Assembly: GCA_005222975.1 (NCBI GenBank)
Contig: NJBI01000001.1
Coordinates: 42,571 to 106,570, forward strand
Source of the DNA: Promethearchaeota archaeon Loki_b31
GTDB taxonomy: Archaea > Asgardarchaeota > Lokiarchaeia > Sigyniarchaeales > SOKP01
Reading direction: 5' to 3'
DNA: 64,000 bases
Shown here piece after piece: positions 46,777 through 57,124 of this stretch. The notes under the pieces are model-generated. The model saw nothing but the letters and a program-made list of their open reading frames with translations, was not told the origin of the DNA and made no database searches. A program made the position numbers and the translations under genes. Positions within the stretch are counted from its first letter, which is position 1. Every line of letters starts with the position of its first letter.

Positions 46777-48483
46777 TTACATTTCTTTTTCAATTGATTT
46801 AATATAGGTCTCAATTTTGTTCTGGATTATTTCAGGTTTAATTGTGCTTTGATTGGCTAGTTTATGTCTGAGCTCTAATTTTTCTCTATGTAAAGTATTC
46901 ATTGTGCAAAACGGTATTTGAAGAACCTTGTTGGGATCATCTGGATCAATCACTCCATAATGTACAATGCAGTTTTTAACTCGATCTAAATCAAAATTAT
47001 AAGCATCTTGAAAATGCATGCATGATATTAACAAGTTTTTTGAAAGTAAAAAGTTACTTGCTGAGTTTAAGTTAGGCGATAAAATAAGCTTAGTAAATGA
47101 TTGAAAAATTTTGCTAGTTAAGATTTGTGATGGATTTTTAATATATTTTAAAGCACCTGCGAAAAAATATGCTTTCATTATCTGTCTATACCCTAAATTA
47201 GTTATATCATCGATGAACTCACCAATCCTGCTTGCTACACCACCATAATTCTCTAAATTAATGTTCTTTAAAAGGCTTGTTGGCTTGGGGATTTCTCTAT
47301 TACGGACCATGTCCCATACTTGATTTGCCCATATAACTAACCCCTCGGCATCAAAATAATTCTCAAGGGCTTTCCATTCATTGTTATCATCAATTATTAC
47401 AATAGTACCGAAACCACAGTCTGGATGGGTTGTCATTGAAAAAGAAGGTACGTCATCGAACCAAGCGAGTAATCTAGTGAATTTGGAAGATGTGGCAATT
47501 GGATAAAACTTTTTAATTGCGTTATTAATTATTTTATTAATGGCTATCTTTAAATCAGATGTAGTATATCTCAATTCCATTAGTTCTTCGTAATTAATTC
47601 GACCACATAACGAAACGGGTTGAAAAACGACGCCTGCAACTACATCATTATTTTGCTTAGCGAATTCTAAAATATTTTCAATTTGATTGTCATTTACGCC
47701 CTTAGCAATAGTTGGAACCAACATAATACCTTTTAACCCGACTGCACGGCAATTTTTAATGACTCTCTGTTTTATGGGCCATAAATTAACGCCTCTCATT
47801 TTTTTCCAAACCTCTGGAGCATTGGTAGCGTCAAATTGCAAATATATCGCATCTATTCCAGATTCCTTTAATTCTCTACAATATTCGACTGATTTACTCA
47901 TTCTGATACCATTAGTTGATACCATAACTTCTATAAACCCTAATTCTTTTGCTTTACGGGTGATATCATGTAGATCATTTCTTAACGTTGGTTCCCCCCC
48001 TGCATATTGTAGCAAAATAGGAGGGACAGGCTTGAGTGATCTAAAATGTTTTAGAATTTGAACAATTTCATCGAAAGTAGGCTCTACAACATAACCTTTA
48101 GCACTAGCATTGGCGTAACATATTGGACAAGTTAAATTACATCGATTTGTAGGATCAATTACAGCAATACAAGGTGCCGATTGGTGATTTTCGCAAATTC
48201 CACAATCATATGGACAGCCATTAGTGATTTCTCTAATAATTGATGATTCTTCATAAGGTTTAGAAGAGTTATCTATGGTAGATCCAATCTCATTAGTGAA
48301 ACTCTGGTTCCATTTGTATTCCTCTGGGTTAACCGAAATCTTGTCTTTAAAATCTCCATGTTCCTCACAATGCTTTCGCATCATAACCCAATCAGTATTT
48401 GCATCAACATAAATCTCAGCAGGAATTGGTTGTAGGCATTCTGGACAAATACTTGTTGTATTTCTAATTATTTCTTCAATCAT
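46777..48483 (-). CDS. Radical SAM enzyme of the COG1964 / MJ0619 type (tetraether lipid synthase Tes/GDGT-MAS-like)
   Basis: N-terminal zinc-ribbon region CPECLQPIPAEIY...KHCEEHGDF and auxiliary-cluster region CPYDCGICENH...C. Radical SAM motif RCNLTCPICYA, GGEPTL, and C-terminal CMHFQDAYNFDLDRVKNCIVHYGV...IPFCTMN. Confidence 0.7.
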   Translation of the reverse strand: MIEEIIRNTTSICPECLQPIPAEIYVDANTDWVMMRKHCEEHGDFKDKISVNPEEYKWNQSFTNEIGSTIDNSSKPYEESSIIREITNGCPYDCGICENHQSAPCIAVIDPTNRCNLTCPICYANASAKGYVVEPTFDEIVQILKHFRSLKPVPPILLQYAGGEPTLRNDLHDITRKAKELGFIEVMVSTNGIRMSKSVEYCRELKESGIDAIYLQFDATNAPEVWKKMRGVNLWPIKQRVIKNCRAVGLKGIMLVPTIAKGVNDNQIENILEFAKQNNDVVAGVVFQPVSLCGRINYEELMELRYTTSDLKIAINKIINNAIKKFYPIATSSKFTRLLAWFDDVPSFSMTTHPDCGFGTIVIIDDNNEWKALENYFDAEGLVIWANQVWDMVRNREIPKPTSLLKNINLENYGGVASRIGEFIDDITNLGYRQIMKAYFFAGALKYIKNPSQILTSKIFQSFTKLILSPNLNSASNFLLSKNLLISCMHFQDAYNFDLDRVKNCIVHYGVIDPDDPNKVLQIPFCTMNTLHREKLELRHKLANQSTIKPEIIQNKIETYIKSIEKEM

Positions 48484-48706
48484 GATTTTTAATTTCTAAT
48501 TATATAGCTGTGTTTTCTTTCTTATACTTATTTAATCTTAAAATATAAACATATTAAAACAGCTAATAAGATTATCGATATTAGATTAATGTAAAAGAAA
48601 TTTAAAATTAAAGAGTAATTATCAAAAAATAAGAAGTAAAGAAAATATCTTTTGTTTTCGAAAAAAATAACTATTAAAACATTTAATACTTATATTTGGA
48701 TTCAAA

Positions 48707-50278
48707 TTACCAAGGTCTTCTTATTGTAGTAGCTCTACTCATTTCAGATTTGTTTGGATGATCTAAATTGTAATGGATTCCCCTGCTCTCTTTGCGAGAA
48801 ATTGCACTTACTATTATTATTTTTGCGACAGTAGCCAAATTTCTAAGTTCAACAAGATTTTTTTCTATTTTAAAATCCCAATAATATTGATTGATTTCAT
48901 CCAGAAGCATATTAATTCTTTTTTTAGCTCTTTGAAGACGCTTATCCGTTCGGACAATTCCAACGTAATTCCACATGAATCTTCTTATTTCATCCCAATT
49001 TTGTGTTATTATAACCGCTTCTGTAGAGGGTACGGCATGACCGGGTTCCCACTGCTTAAATTCTTTAACTTTTAAATCAGAAATTTGTTCAGCTAAAGAA
49101 TTAGCACACTCATGGGCACCTACTAAACCTTCAAGTAAGGAATTACTTGCTAATCGATTCGCACCATGAAGTCCAGTACACGCAGATTCACCGATGACGT
49201 ATAGATTCTTAACTTCAGTCTTCCCGTTAATTCCTGCCAGAACCCCTCCACAACAATAATGGGCCGCGGGAACAACGGGTATAGGTTCATTAGTAATATC
49301 AATATTGAACTTTAAACATGATTCATAAACTCCTGGAAAATGACTTTTTATAAATTTTGGAGATTTATAAGATGCTATATCTAAATGGATGTAATCGTCC
49401 CCAGTTTTTTTGAGTTCTGCATCAATAGCTCTCGAAACGACATCACGGGGGGCTAAACCTTTTGAGGAATGGTAATTATGCATAAACTCATTTCCTCTAA
49501 CATCTTTTAAAACAGCACCCTCGCCTCGCATTGCTTCTGTAATTAAGAAAGACTTCGCATACGGATGATATAAACAAGTAGGGTGGAATTGATAAAATTC
49601 CATGTTTGAAATTGTTGCACCAGCACGATACGCCATTGCTATCCCATCGCCAGAAGCGATATCTGGGTTTGTTGTATACAAATATATTTTGCCAGCGCCA
49701 CCAGTTGCTAATATTGTAGCTTTAGCAGCAACATTATGAATCTTTTCGCTTTTTTGGTCTAAAATATAAGCCCCATAACATTGAAAATTTCTAGCAAATA
49801 AATTAATAGCGCACCAATGTTCCTTTATTTCTACATTTTCTATCTTTTTTATACTTTCAATAAGTTTTTGTTCAACATTCTGTCCCGTTTGGTCGTTTAC
49901 ATGCAGAATTCTTCTTTCTGAGTGTCCACCTTCTTTTCCAAGATCGTAATCTCCATTCTCATTTCTAGTAAATTCAACGCCCAACTCAATTAATTCCTTT
50001 ATCCTTTCTGGTGCTTGCGTTAAGATATTCCTTACCACATTCTCGTTACAAAGACCATCTCCAGCAATTAAAGTGTCTTGAATATGTTTCTCAAAACTAT
50101 CGTTATTATTCCAAACGCATGCAATGCCACCTTGTGCGTAAAAAGTGCTGCATTCTGCTAAATACTCTTTAGTAATCAGTAATATCTTTTCGTCTGGGGT
50201 TAATTTTGCTAATTTTAATGCCAATGATAATCCCGAGATACCCCCTCCGATAATAAGAAAATCTATTTTTCGGTTCAA
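48707..50278 (-). CDS. nadB: L-aspartate oxidase
   Basis: FAD dinucleotide fold FLIIGGGISGLSLA, YAQGGIA, HPT..., RGEGA, GLHGANRLASNSLLE. The length of about 520 aa is typical. Confidence 0.85.
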   Translation of the reverse strand: MNRKIDFLIIGGGISGLSLALKLAKLTPDEKILLITKEYLAECSTFYAQGGIACVWNNNDSFEKHIQDTLIAGDGLCNENVVRNILTQAPERIKELIELGVEFTRNENGDYDLGKEGGHSERRILHVNDQTGQNVEQKLIESIKKIENVEIKEHWCAINLFARNFQCYGAYILDQKSEKIHNVAAKATILATGGAGKIYLYTTNPDIASGDGIAMAYRAGATISNMEFYQFHPTCLYHPYAKSFLITEAMRGEGAVLKDVRGNEFMHNYHSSKGLAPRDVVSRAIDAELKKTGDDYIHLDIASYKSPKFIKSHFPGVYESCLKFNIDITNEPIPVVPAAHYCCGGVLAGINGKTEVKNLYVIGESACTGLHGANRLASNSLLEGLVGAHECANSLAEQISDLKVKEFKQWEPGHAVPSTEAVIITQNWDEIRRFMWNYVGIVRTDKRLQRAKKRINMLLDEINQYYWDFKIEKNLVELRNLATVAKIIIVSAISRKESRGIHYNLDHPNKSEMSRATTIRRPW

Positions 50279-50544
50279 AAGAATCTATCGTCTTTTTAAA
50301 TTGTTTAATTTTTTTTTAAGAAACTAATAATTAAAGTAAATTTTTAATCATTTTTAATTAATTGGAATGGTGTGTGAGAAGATTTATTGTTTTTAGAATT
50401 TATATTCCTAATTTTTTTATTATTTCATTGATTTTTTCTTGAATAAGATTTGTGTTCTGTTTTGTTATATAATTAGATAATAACTTTTTTTTAATTGCTT
50501 ACGTTTTTATATCTAATTACTCCGCCAATTTAGAACCGTTTAAA

Positions 50545-51093
50545 TTGTTAATGGGTTTAAAGAAATTAATCTATTCATTATATGAAAATATGCCAAAAAT
50601 AAAACATGTACTGTTCTTATGTAGTGGGAACACCTGTAGAAGTCCATTTGCTGAATATTTTTCAAAATGGCTCCAAAAGAATGAGGATTCTAATGAATTA
50701 AAAGATATAGAATTTGATTCGGCAGGACTTTTCCACTATTATGAGCAACCTCAAGAAGGCACATTAAAATATCTTAATTCTAAAGGTGTTGAAATGGACG
50801 ATTTTCAAGCCAAGGATCTCGATGAAGAATTGATAATCAAACAAGACCTTATTCTATGTTTCGAAGAGAAATACCATGTTCGAAAATTAAAGAGAAAATT
50901 CAAGCATTTAAAGGATCTGGATGAAAAGGTTTTTTTACTATTAGAATTTGCAGGTGATACTGAAAATCTAGAAATAGAAGATCCTTTCTATTTAGAGGAA
51001 AATGAATATAATAAAGTTCTTAAAAGAATTGAAGATGGAATAATTAAATCTATTGAAAAGATTATCAAAATTAATAATTCTGAAGAATATTGA
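50545..51093 (+). CDS. Low-molecular-weight protein tyrosine phosphatase / arsenate reductase-fold protein (paralog 1)
   Basis: CX5R(S/T) P-loop VLFLCSGNTCRSP and general-acid region IEDPFY. The likely true start is the internal ATG (MPKIKHV). Confidence 0.8.
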   Translation: MLMGLKKLIYSLYENMPKIKHVLFLCSGNTCRSPFAEYFSKWLQKNEDSNELKDIEFDSAGLFHYYEQPQEGTLKYLNSKGVEMDDFQAKDLDEELIIKQDLILCFEEKYHVRKLKRKFKHLKDLDEKVFLLLEFAGDTENLEIEDPFYLEENEYNKVLKRIEDGIIKSIEKIIKINNSEEY

Positions 51094-51210
51094 AATCAAG
51101 AAAAAAAAAGAAAATAAAAAATAATTTTTCTTTAAGGAAATCAATTTATTATGTTTTAATATTCGCTCTCTATAACAGAATCCTTAAAATAATTAGATTT
51201 CAATTATAAA

Positions 51211-52857
51211 TTACTTAAAAAAAAATCCATATTTCTGACTGAAATATTTATCAATAAGATATTTTGTTGAATCAAAAGGACTAACATCTCCTAAAAAATT
51301 TTTAAGATATTTCCCGAATTTTATTTCAAAATCTTTTGAAAACTCATCAAGTTTCTTTAATAACACTGGTAAATCCATGTTTGAAATTAAGCAGACAACA
51401 TGGTATTTTCCAAAAGAAAATAGAAGATGGTAGCCCTCCTTGTCAATTTTTCTTAACTGTTTTTTGCTTTGAGTTATTTCAGAAATGATTGCTACGACAC
51501 CTGTCAATGCTCCAGAAATAATATCTTCATCCATCTCATTCTTCTTCTCTTTTTCTTCCCCTTGGGGCTTTTTCTCAAAATTATGATAGTAAAGCCCAAC
51601 TCCATGAACACTAAAAATATAAAGATTTATCATTGCTGATGACCAATTCTTTTCTTTAGATATTAAAAATTCTTTCATTGCCATCATCCAAACAAGAAGA
51701 ATAACTATAACAAACCCATTTAAGAGATTTGGAAAATTGGGGATGAAATTATCTAATTCTGGATAAAGTGTATACAAACCATTTATCCATCTACTAAATG
51801 TAAATCCAATAGCAATTCCCAAAAACATTAAAGCTAAAAAAAGACCATTAATACGACCTCTATATTTTAAGTTTCCTCTTTCTGTTGAAAAATCTCCAGA
51901 TATAGTTTGGATTGCTAGTATAAGGGGTAGTAATGAAAATCCATAATGAATTGAAAGAAAAATTTTTCTTGGCATTCCAAATATGATAGGAGCATCTATA
52001 TAAGAACCATAAGATATAAGAAAAAACGATAGAAGTAAAATACCTAATATTATTGAAGTTTTACGACCGATATTATCTAAAAAACAACCCGCTGCAATGA
52101 GATATATTGTAGATGCCAAAAAAAAAACAAAGAAGTCTACATCAAAACTATATCGAGCTAGTAAATCCCCTAAAATAAAGCCTAATATTGTGAAACTTGA
52201 TGAATATCGAAAAAATTGCTTTTCAAAAATAATCTTAAAAAATTTCTTATCAGATTTGAGCCTCTCTTCAGTTTCTATATATTTATATTTTCTAGAACAC
52301 CAAAAAATTATTAATAAAAGTATTAATACTAAAATAAAAAAATAATTGTACAAAAATTCAAAAGATACAAAAATAAAACTAAACCAACCTAAAAGGGAAC
52401 ATGAAGCTAGAAGAAAAGCAGTTATCCTTCCCCTATTTAAAAGATTAGTTTCATGAACTAATGTTGTAAACCATAATGTTATTAATTGAGGAACTGTCAT
52501 TAATACGATTAATAAACCTATATAATATAAAATAACTTCAGAAAAAGCACTAAAAAAAATTCCTATTATACAAAAAAGCAAAACTAAATTAAAATGTCTT
52601 GTTCTATTCTTTATTTTATCAACAAGTATAACTGAGGTAAGGAAACTAATAGCAAGTATAAATAATATTACACCTATTTCAATATTTATAACTGAAACCA
52701 TTTCCGTTAAAACAACATATTTGTATAAAAAAGCCTCAATAACTAAGAAAATTGCTAAAAGAGAGAAAAATAAATAAACTAATGAGTTTTTTGACAAGTC
52801 GATATCTCTAGCAAATACTCTTACAAACCAATTTTTGAGGGATTCCTTTTTCATCAA
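51211..52857 (-). CDS. Polytopic membrane protein (about 12 TM) with C-terminal cytoplasmic longin/roadblock-like domain
   Basis: Hydrophobic for about the first 400 aa. The C-terminal NLYIFSVHGVGLYYHNF...IISGALTGVVAIISEITQ...YHVVCLISN is collinear with the N-domain of 36485..37369 and with 59187..59633. Confidence 0.6.
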   Translation of the reverse strand: MMKKESLKNWFVRVFARDIDLSKNSLVYLFFSLLAIFLVIEAFLYKYVVLTEMVSVINIEIGVILFILAISFLTSVILVDKIKNRTRHFNLVLLFCIIGIFFSAFSEVILYYIGLLIVLMTVPQLITLWFTTLVHETNLLNRGRITAFLLASCSLLGWFSFIFVSFEFLYNYFFILVLILLLIIFWCSRKYKYIETEERLKSDKKFFKIIFEKQFFRYSSSFTILGFILGDLLARYSFDVDFFVFFLASTIYLIAAGCFLDNIGRKTSIILGILLLSFFLISYGSYIDAPIIFGMPRKIFLSIHYGFSLLPLILAIQTISGDFSTERGNLKYRGRINGLFLALMFLGIAIGFTFSRWINGLYTLYPELDNFIPNFPNLLNGFVIVILLVWMMAMKEFLISKEKNWSSAMINLYIFSVHGVGLYYHNFEKKPQGEEKEKKNEMDEDIISGALTGVVAIISEITQSKKQLRKIDKEGYHLLFSFGKYHVVCLISNMDLPVLLKKLDEFSKDFEIKFGKYLKNFLGDVSPFDSTKYLIDKYFSQKYGFFFK

Positions 52858-53123
52858 TATCTTTAAAATTCTTTTTGATTTAAAACTAATGTAAGTTACA
52901 TTTTAATTTAATGTTTTAATGTAATGTTTTATCTTAAAATTTCTCTATAATAATTTCACTCTCTTCAATATAATCTTTATTTATGATATTATAATATTTA
53001 AATTCTTTATATGCAATATTTTAAAAATTTTTTTTAATAGATTAGACACATACAGAGATCTTCATATAATTATTAATGAAGGTAAGTTTATTTTTTCCAA
53101 TTTATTTAAATACTTGAACATTA

Positions 53124-53609
53124 ATGAGCAAAATCAAAAAAATTCTTCTCGTTTGTTTAGGAAACACAGCAAGAAGTCCCGCAGCGGAATACTTAGCTAA
53201 ATTTTATGCAAAAAAATACAAATCTGATTTAAGGTTTGAGAGTGCTGGTTTTATAAATGCATTTTCATATATGCAACCTGAATCTCAAGAATATTTAAAT
53301 TCAAAGGGCATTAAACATTCTGATTTTCGACCGCAAATAATCAATCGTAAACTACTTGAAAGGCAAGACTTAATTATTACAATGGAAAAGTCACATGTTA
53401 CCGATATTAGAGAAAATTATCAAGGGGTTAACGACATCAGTAAAAAATTGTTTACTTTAAAAGAATTTAACGGAGAAACTGATGATTTAAATATAATAGA
53501 TCCATATTACGCCAGTACTAAGACTTACCAGAAAGTTCTTAAAATAATTGATGAAAATATCGAAAAAATGATTAAAAAAATAATTCGGATAAATAAAACC
53601 GAACTCTAA
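53124..53609 (+). CDS. Low-molecular-weight protein tyrosine phosphatase (paralog 2)
   Basis: ILLVCLGNTARSP (CX5RS) and IIDPYY. Confidence 0.8.
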   Translation: MSKIKKILLVCLGNTARSPAAEYLAKFYAKKYKSDLRFESAGFINAFSYMQPESQEYLNSKGIKHSDFRPQIINRKLLERQDLIITMEKSHVTDIRENYQGVNDISKKLFTLKEFNGETDDLNIIDPYYASTKTYQKVLKIIDENIEKMIKKIIRINKTEL

Positions 53610-53628
53610 CTACTTAGTAAGAGCAAAA

Positions 53629-54114
53629 ATGACGAAAATAAAGCGAGTTCTGTTCATATGTTACGCAAACACATGTCGTTCGCCAGCAGCACAACATCTG
53701 GCGAACTTTTACGGTAAAAAATATGAGCTAAAAGGAGTTGTCTTCGATTCCGCGGGATGGCACAATGCTTTTGATTACGCTCAACCAGAAACAATAGATT
53801 ATATACAATCAAAAGGTATTAAAATAAGTGATTTTCAACCTAAAGTCATAACAAGAGAATTGATAGAAAAACAAGATCTTATAATAGGTATGGAACGATA
53901 TCATTTAACAAAAGTTAAAAAAAGATTTAGAGATTTACAAGAACAATTAAAACAAAAATTATATACTTTGAAAGAATTTAATGGGGCAGATAAAAAGGAT
54001 TTAAACGTTCCAGATCCTTATAAAACGGAGAAAAAACGATACGATGAAATATTAGAAATCGTCGAAAAAAACGTAAAGGCGCTCGTTAAGAAAGTTAAAC
54101 GCATAAACCAATAA
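53629..54114 (+). CDS. Low-molecular-weight protein tyrosine phosphatase (paralog 3)
   Basis: VLFICYANTCRSP (CX5RS) and VPDPY. Same length (161 aa) as paralog 2 and 19 nt downstream of it. Confidence 0.8.
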   Translation: MTKIKRVLFICYANTCRSPAAQHLANFYGKKYELKGVVFDSAGWHNAFDYAQPETIDYIQSKGIKISDFQPKVITRELIEKQDLIIGMERYHLTKVKKRFRDLQEQLKQKLYTLKEFNGADKKDLNVPDPYKTEKKRYDEILEIVEKNVKALVKKVKRINQ

Positions 54115-54250
54115 GCTAAACTTGTTTAGACTGTTTATAAATACTTACATTTTTGTAAAGTCTTTCGCAATCAACCTATATAAATTAAAGATAATATTAA
54201 AAATAACTTATACTATTAGAAAAATTATATAAGAATATTAAAAAGTTTTA

Positions 54251-54802
54251 ATGAATCAATTAACGATCAATAACACGGTTATAGAAATTTTTGTCGGCGA
54301 TATTATTAATGCTGACTACGATGCAATTGCCATTCCTACAAATAGTCGGCTTTTGCCTAGTGGTACCTTAAGATGTCGAGTATTAAAAGGGGCGGGTCAT
54401 AAAGTACACGTAGAATGTAATCGTATTATTAGTAAGATATCAAATGTTCCAATTGGGGATGCTGTAATTACTTCTGGCGGCAAATTAAATGCTAAATTTA
54501 TTTTCCATGTAAGAGCAGGTCACGATCAAAAAAAATTGATGTTAGCGATCTGGAATTCGCTGAGATTAGCCGATAAAGAAGGGATACATTCAATCGCTTA
54601 TCCTCCAATATCGAAAGAAGTAATCGGATTCAACGCAAAGATCTGTGCGGGTATAATTATTCCAACGATTAAGAAATTCGTTTTAGAAAGAAACAACAAT
54701 TTGAGAAATGTATCAGTTTGTCTTGAATCATTACCTGATTATAAGGATTTTGAAAATACATTAAATAATATAGCTGAATTTCCCAATATTATAATATATT
54801 AG
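54251..54802 (+). CDS. Macro domain protein (ADP-ribose / O-acetyl-ADP-ribose binding or hydrolase)
   Basis: VGDIINADYDAIAIPTNSRL...LKGAGHKV...GDAVITSGGKLNAKFIFHV matches the macro domain N-terminal half. Confidence 0.7.
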   Translation: MNQLTINNTVIEIFVGDIINADYDAIAIPTNSRLLPSGTLRCRVLKGAGHKVHVECNRIISKISNVPIGDAVITSGGKLNAKFIFHVRAGHDQKKLMLAIWNSLRLADKEGIHSIAYPPISKEVIGFNAKICAGIIIPTIKKFVLERNNNLRNVSVCLESLPDYKDFENTLNNIAEFPNIIIY

Positions 54803-54970
54803 TATTTTGTTCTTTAAATAAAACATTTATTAGAAAAATGTAACTTTATAAAACCACACTTAATCTTATAATTGAAATTAAATCTTTATTTAGTTTCATG
54901 TTTAAATTATTAATTAAGATTATTAACGAATAAAATTAATATCATAGATTTAGATTTAGGGGATTACCTT

Positions 54971-55531
54971 TTGGAAATAGATGAAATAAATGAAGATATT
55001 TTAAATGATATAAATAAAAATATTCAAAATGATAGTTCTAACATTAAATCATTAAAAGGGTTTGAAATAATTTGTGAATCAATGGTTTATAAAATCCTTG
55101 ATATTTTCGGTAAAAATAGTTTGCTTTCAATGTTGTATCAGACAGGATCAGGACCGGGAGAAGTAATTGCTAAAAGGATAAAAGAAAAGCATAACAAGGA
55201 GGAATTTGGAATTTTTGAAGCTTTAGAAATCTTAATGACCGAATTGAAAGATTTTTATTCAATACAAATTAGAGAAGTTCAATTAAATTCAGATCAAACT
55301 AGAATAATAATAGAAAATTTTTGCTTTTTAAGAGAGCCAAGTAAACGCAGAGAAAAACTGCAACCCGGGAAAGCGTTTTGCCGAGTCAATAAAGGTTATT
55401 TTGAAACGGCCTTTCGAAAATTATTAGGAAATAAAGTTAAAAAAATAGAGATCAACTTTCTCCACGACGATCCTGAAAAAAATGTGTGTGTAGAAGAAAT
55501 GATTTTTTATCATAACTCTGATAAAGTATGA
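54971..55531 (+). CDS. Hypothetical protein with possible C-terminal V4R-like domain
   Basis: IIENFCFLRE...GKAFCRVNKGYFETAFRKLLG...NVCVEEMIF resembles the Cys-spaced V4R small-molecule-binding pattern. TTG start. Confidence 0.35.
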   Translation: MEIDEINEDILNDINKNIQNDSSNIKSLKGFEIICESMVYKILDIFGKNSLLSMLYQTGSGPGEVIAKRIKEKHNKEEFGIFEALEILMTELKDFYSIQIREVQLNSDQTRIIIENFCFLREPSKRREKLQPGKAFCRVNKGYFETAFRKLLGNKVKKIEINFLHDDPEKNVCVEEMIFYHNSDKV

Positions 55532-55838
55532 TGGAATTACAATTTCTCTTTCAACCTCTGATTGACAAATTCCTAGTTATGTCTCTACTTGTTTCGGGAT
55601 CAATTACTCGCTGAATTATAATCTCATCAATAGTTCTCTCTTCCTTCTCTTTCATAAGATCATTAATTTTTTTTAAATTAAAGATTAATTATATTCTTAT
55701 TGATCATTTATTTGTACTTTTTGAAAAACAAAATGTCAAAAGTTAAAAAAAAAATCGAATTAATTTACATATTACAATCTGTTTATGAAAAATATTAAAA
55801 TAAGAATATAATTAAAAATATAAGGTTGAAAAACAAAA

Positions 55839-57014
55839 ATGGTTGATGTTAAAAACATTGTTATTATTGGTGCTGGTCTAATGGGCCATAATGCCGGTCA
55901 AATCTGTTTAATGGCTGGTTATAATGTAACATTAGTCGATATTAAAGATGAATTCGTTGATAATGGAGTTGCTAAAATAGATGAAGGGTTAAAAAAACTT
56001 GAAGCCAAAGGAAAGTTAGGTGAGGGTGTTTCTTCCGCTGATCTCATGGGAAAATTAAAAAAATCTACAGATACGGCAAGTGCAGTAAAAGACGCTGATT
56101 TTGTATTGGAAGCAGTTGTTGAATTAATGGATGTCAAAAAACAAGTTTTTAAAACTTGCGACGAAAACGCACCGGCTCATTGTATCTTAGCCACAAATAC
56201 TTCTACGATGAGCATTACTGAAATTGCTTCGGCAACAAACAGACCAGATAAAGTAATTGGTATGCACTTCTTTAATCCACCGATACTCATGAGATTAATT
56301 GAGATAATAGCAGGTGAAAAAAGTTCTGATGAGGCAATGGATATAGGTGTTCAAATCGGTCAATCTTTACCTTGTTTAAGAGGGAAGAGATTTGTTCCTA
56401 AAGTATTGAAGGATAGACCTGGATTTATAGTTAACAGAATGAATGCACCAGTACAAATTTATATAAATTGGATATTCGATCAAGCAGCTGAGAAAGGAAT
56501 TCCATGGGGTCAAATTGATGGTGATGCAGGATCTTTGATGCCAATGGGACCGTGTGAACTATCGGATTACGTAGGAATCGATACTATGTTTCATGTGGGT
56601 AATTATTACACAGAAACATTATCTCCTAATTTTAAGCCCGGAAAAGTTATTACCAAGATGGTTGAAGACAAGAAGCTTGGACGCAAAACAGCTCAAGGTT
56701 TTTATGATTGGTCTAAAGGAAGACCAAAAATCGATAAATCTCAAAAAGCAGGTCTATTTAGCGTTGAAACTTCAATGGCAATTATGTTAAACGAAGGTTG
56801 CCGTCTATTAGAAGAGAAAGTCGTAACAGGCTTCAAGGTAATTGACGAAGCAAATATGGCAGGAATGAACACACCTGGACCCTTTGCTGCTGGTAAAAAG
56901 CAATTTGAGAAATGGGCTAAGATTTTAGAAGAGTTAGCAGATAAGACTGGTATGGAATATCTTAAACCTTGCGAACTGATGAAATCAGGCGGCTTTGTAA
57001 GCATGCGAAAATAA
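55839..57014 (+). CDS. 3-hydroxyacyl-CoA dehydrogenase (NAD-binding plus C-terminal domains)
   Basis: IVIIGAGLMGHNAGQICLMAGYNVTLVDI (Rossmann fold), ATNTSTMSITEIA, GMHFFNPP and PGFIVNR. Confidence 0.85.
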   Translation: MVDVKNIVIIGAGLMGHNAGQICLMAGYNVTLVDIKDEFVDNGVAKIDEGLKKLEAKGKLGEGVSSADLMGKLKKSTDTASAVKDADFVLEAVVELMDVKKQVFKTCDENAPAHCILATNTSTMSITEIASATNRPDKVIGMHFFNPPILMRLIEIIAGEKSSDEAMDIGVQIGQSLPCLRGKRFVPKVLKDRPGFIVNRMNAPVQIYINWIFDQAAEKGIPWGQIDGDAGSLMPMGPCELSDYVGIDTMFHVGNYYTETLSPNFKPGKVITKMVEDKKLGRKTAQGFYDWSKGRPKIDKSQKAGLFSVETSMAIMLNEGCRLLEEKVVTGFKVIDEANMAGMNTPGPFAAGKKQFEKWAKILEELADKTGMEYLKPCELMKSGGFVSMRK

Positions 57015-57124
57015 TTCTAATCTTTTTTTTATTTTTATTTTTTTGTAAAGATTTAAATTTTTTGTCGGTATAATAAGAAAGAATAATTTTAAGATATTAA
57101 AAAAAACCTAAATGAGGAATAAAA

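Noticed and set aside
2301-54802. Functional link between Sir2 (2301) and the macro domain protein (54251) via O-acetyl-ADP-ribose
   Set aside because: The link is biochemically plausible, but the genes are about 51 kb apart with no shared neighbourhood. The window offers no evidence for coupling.
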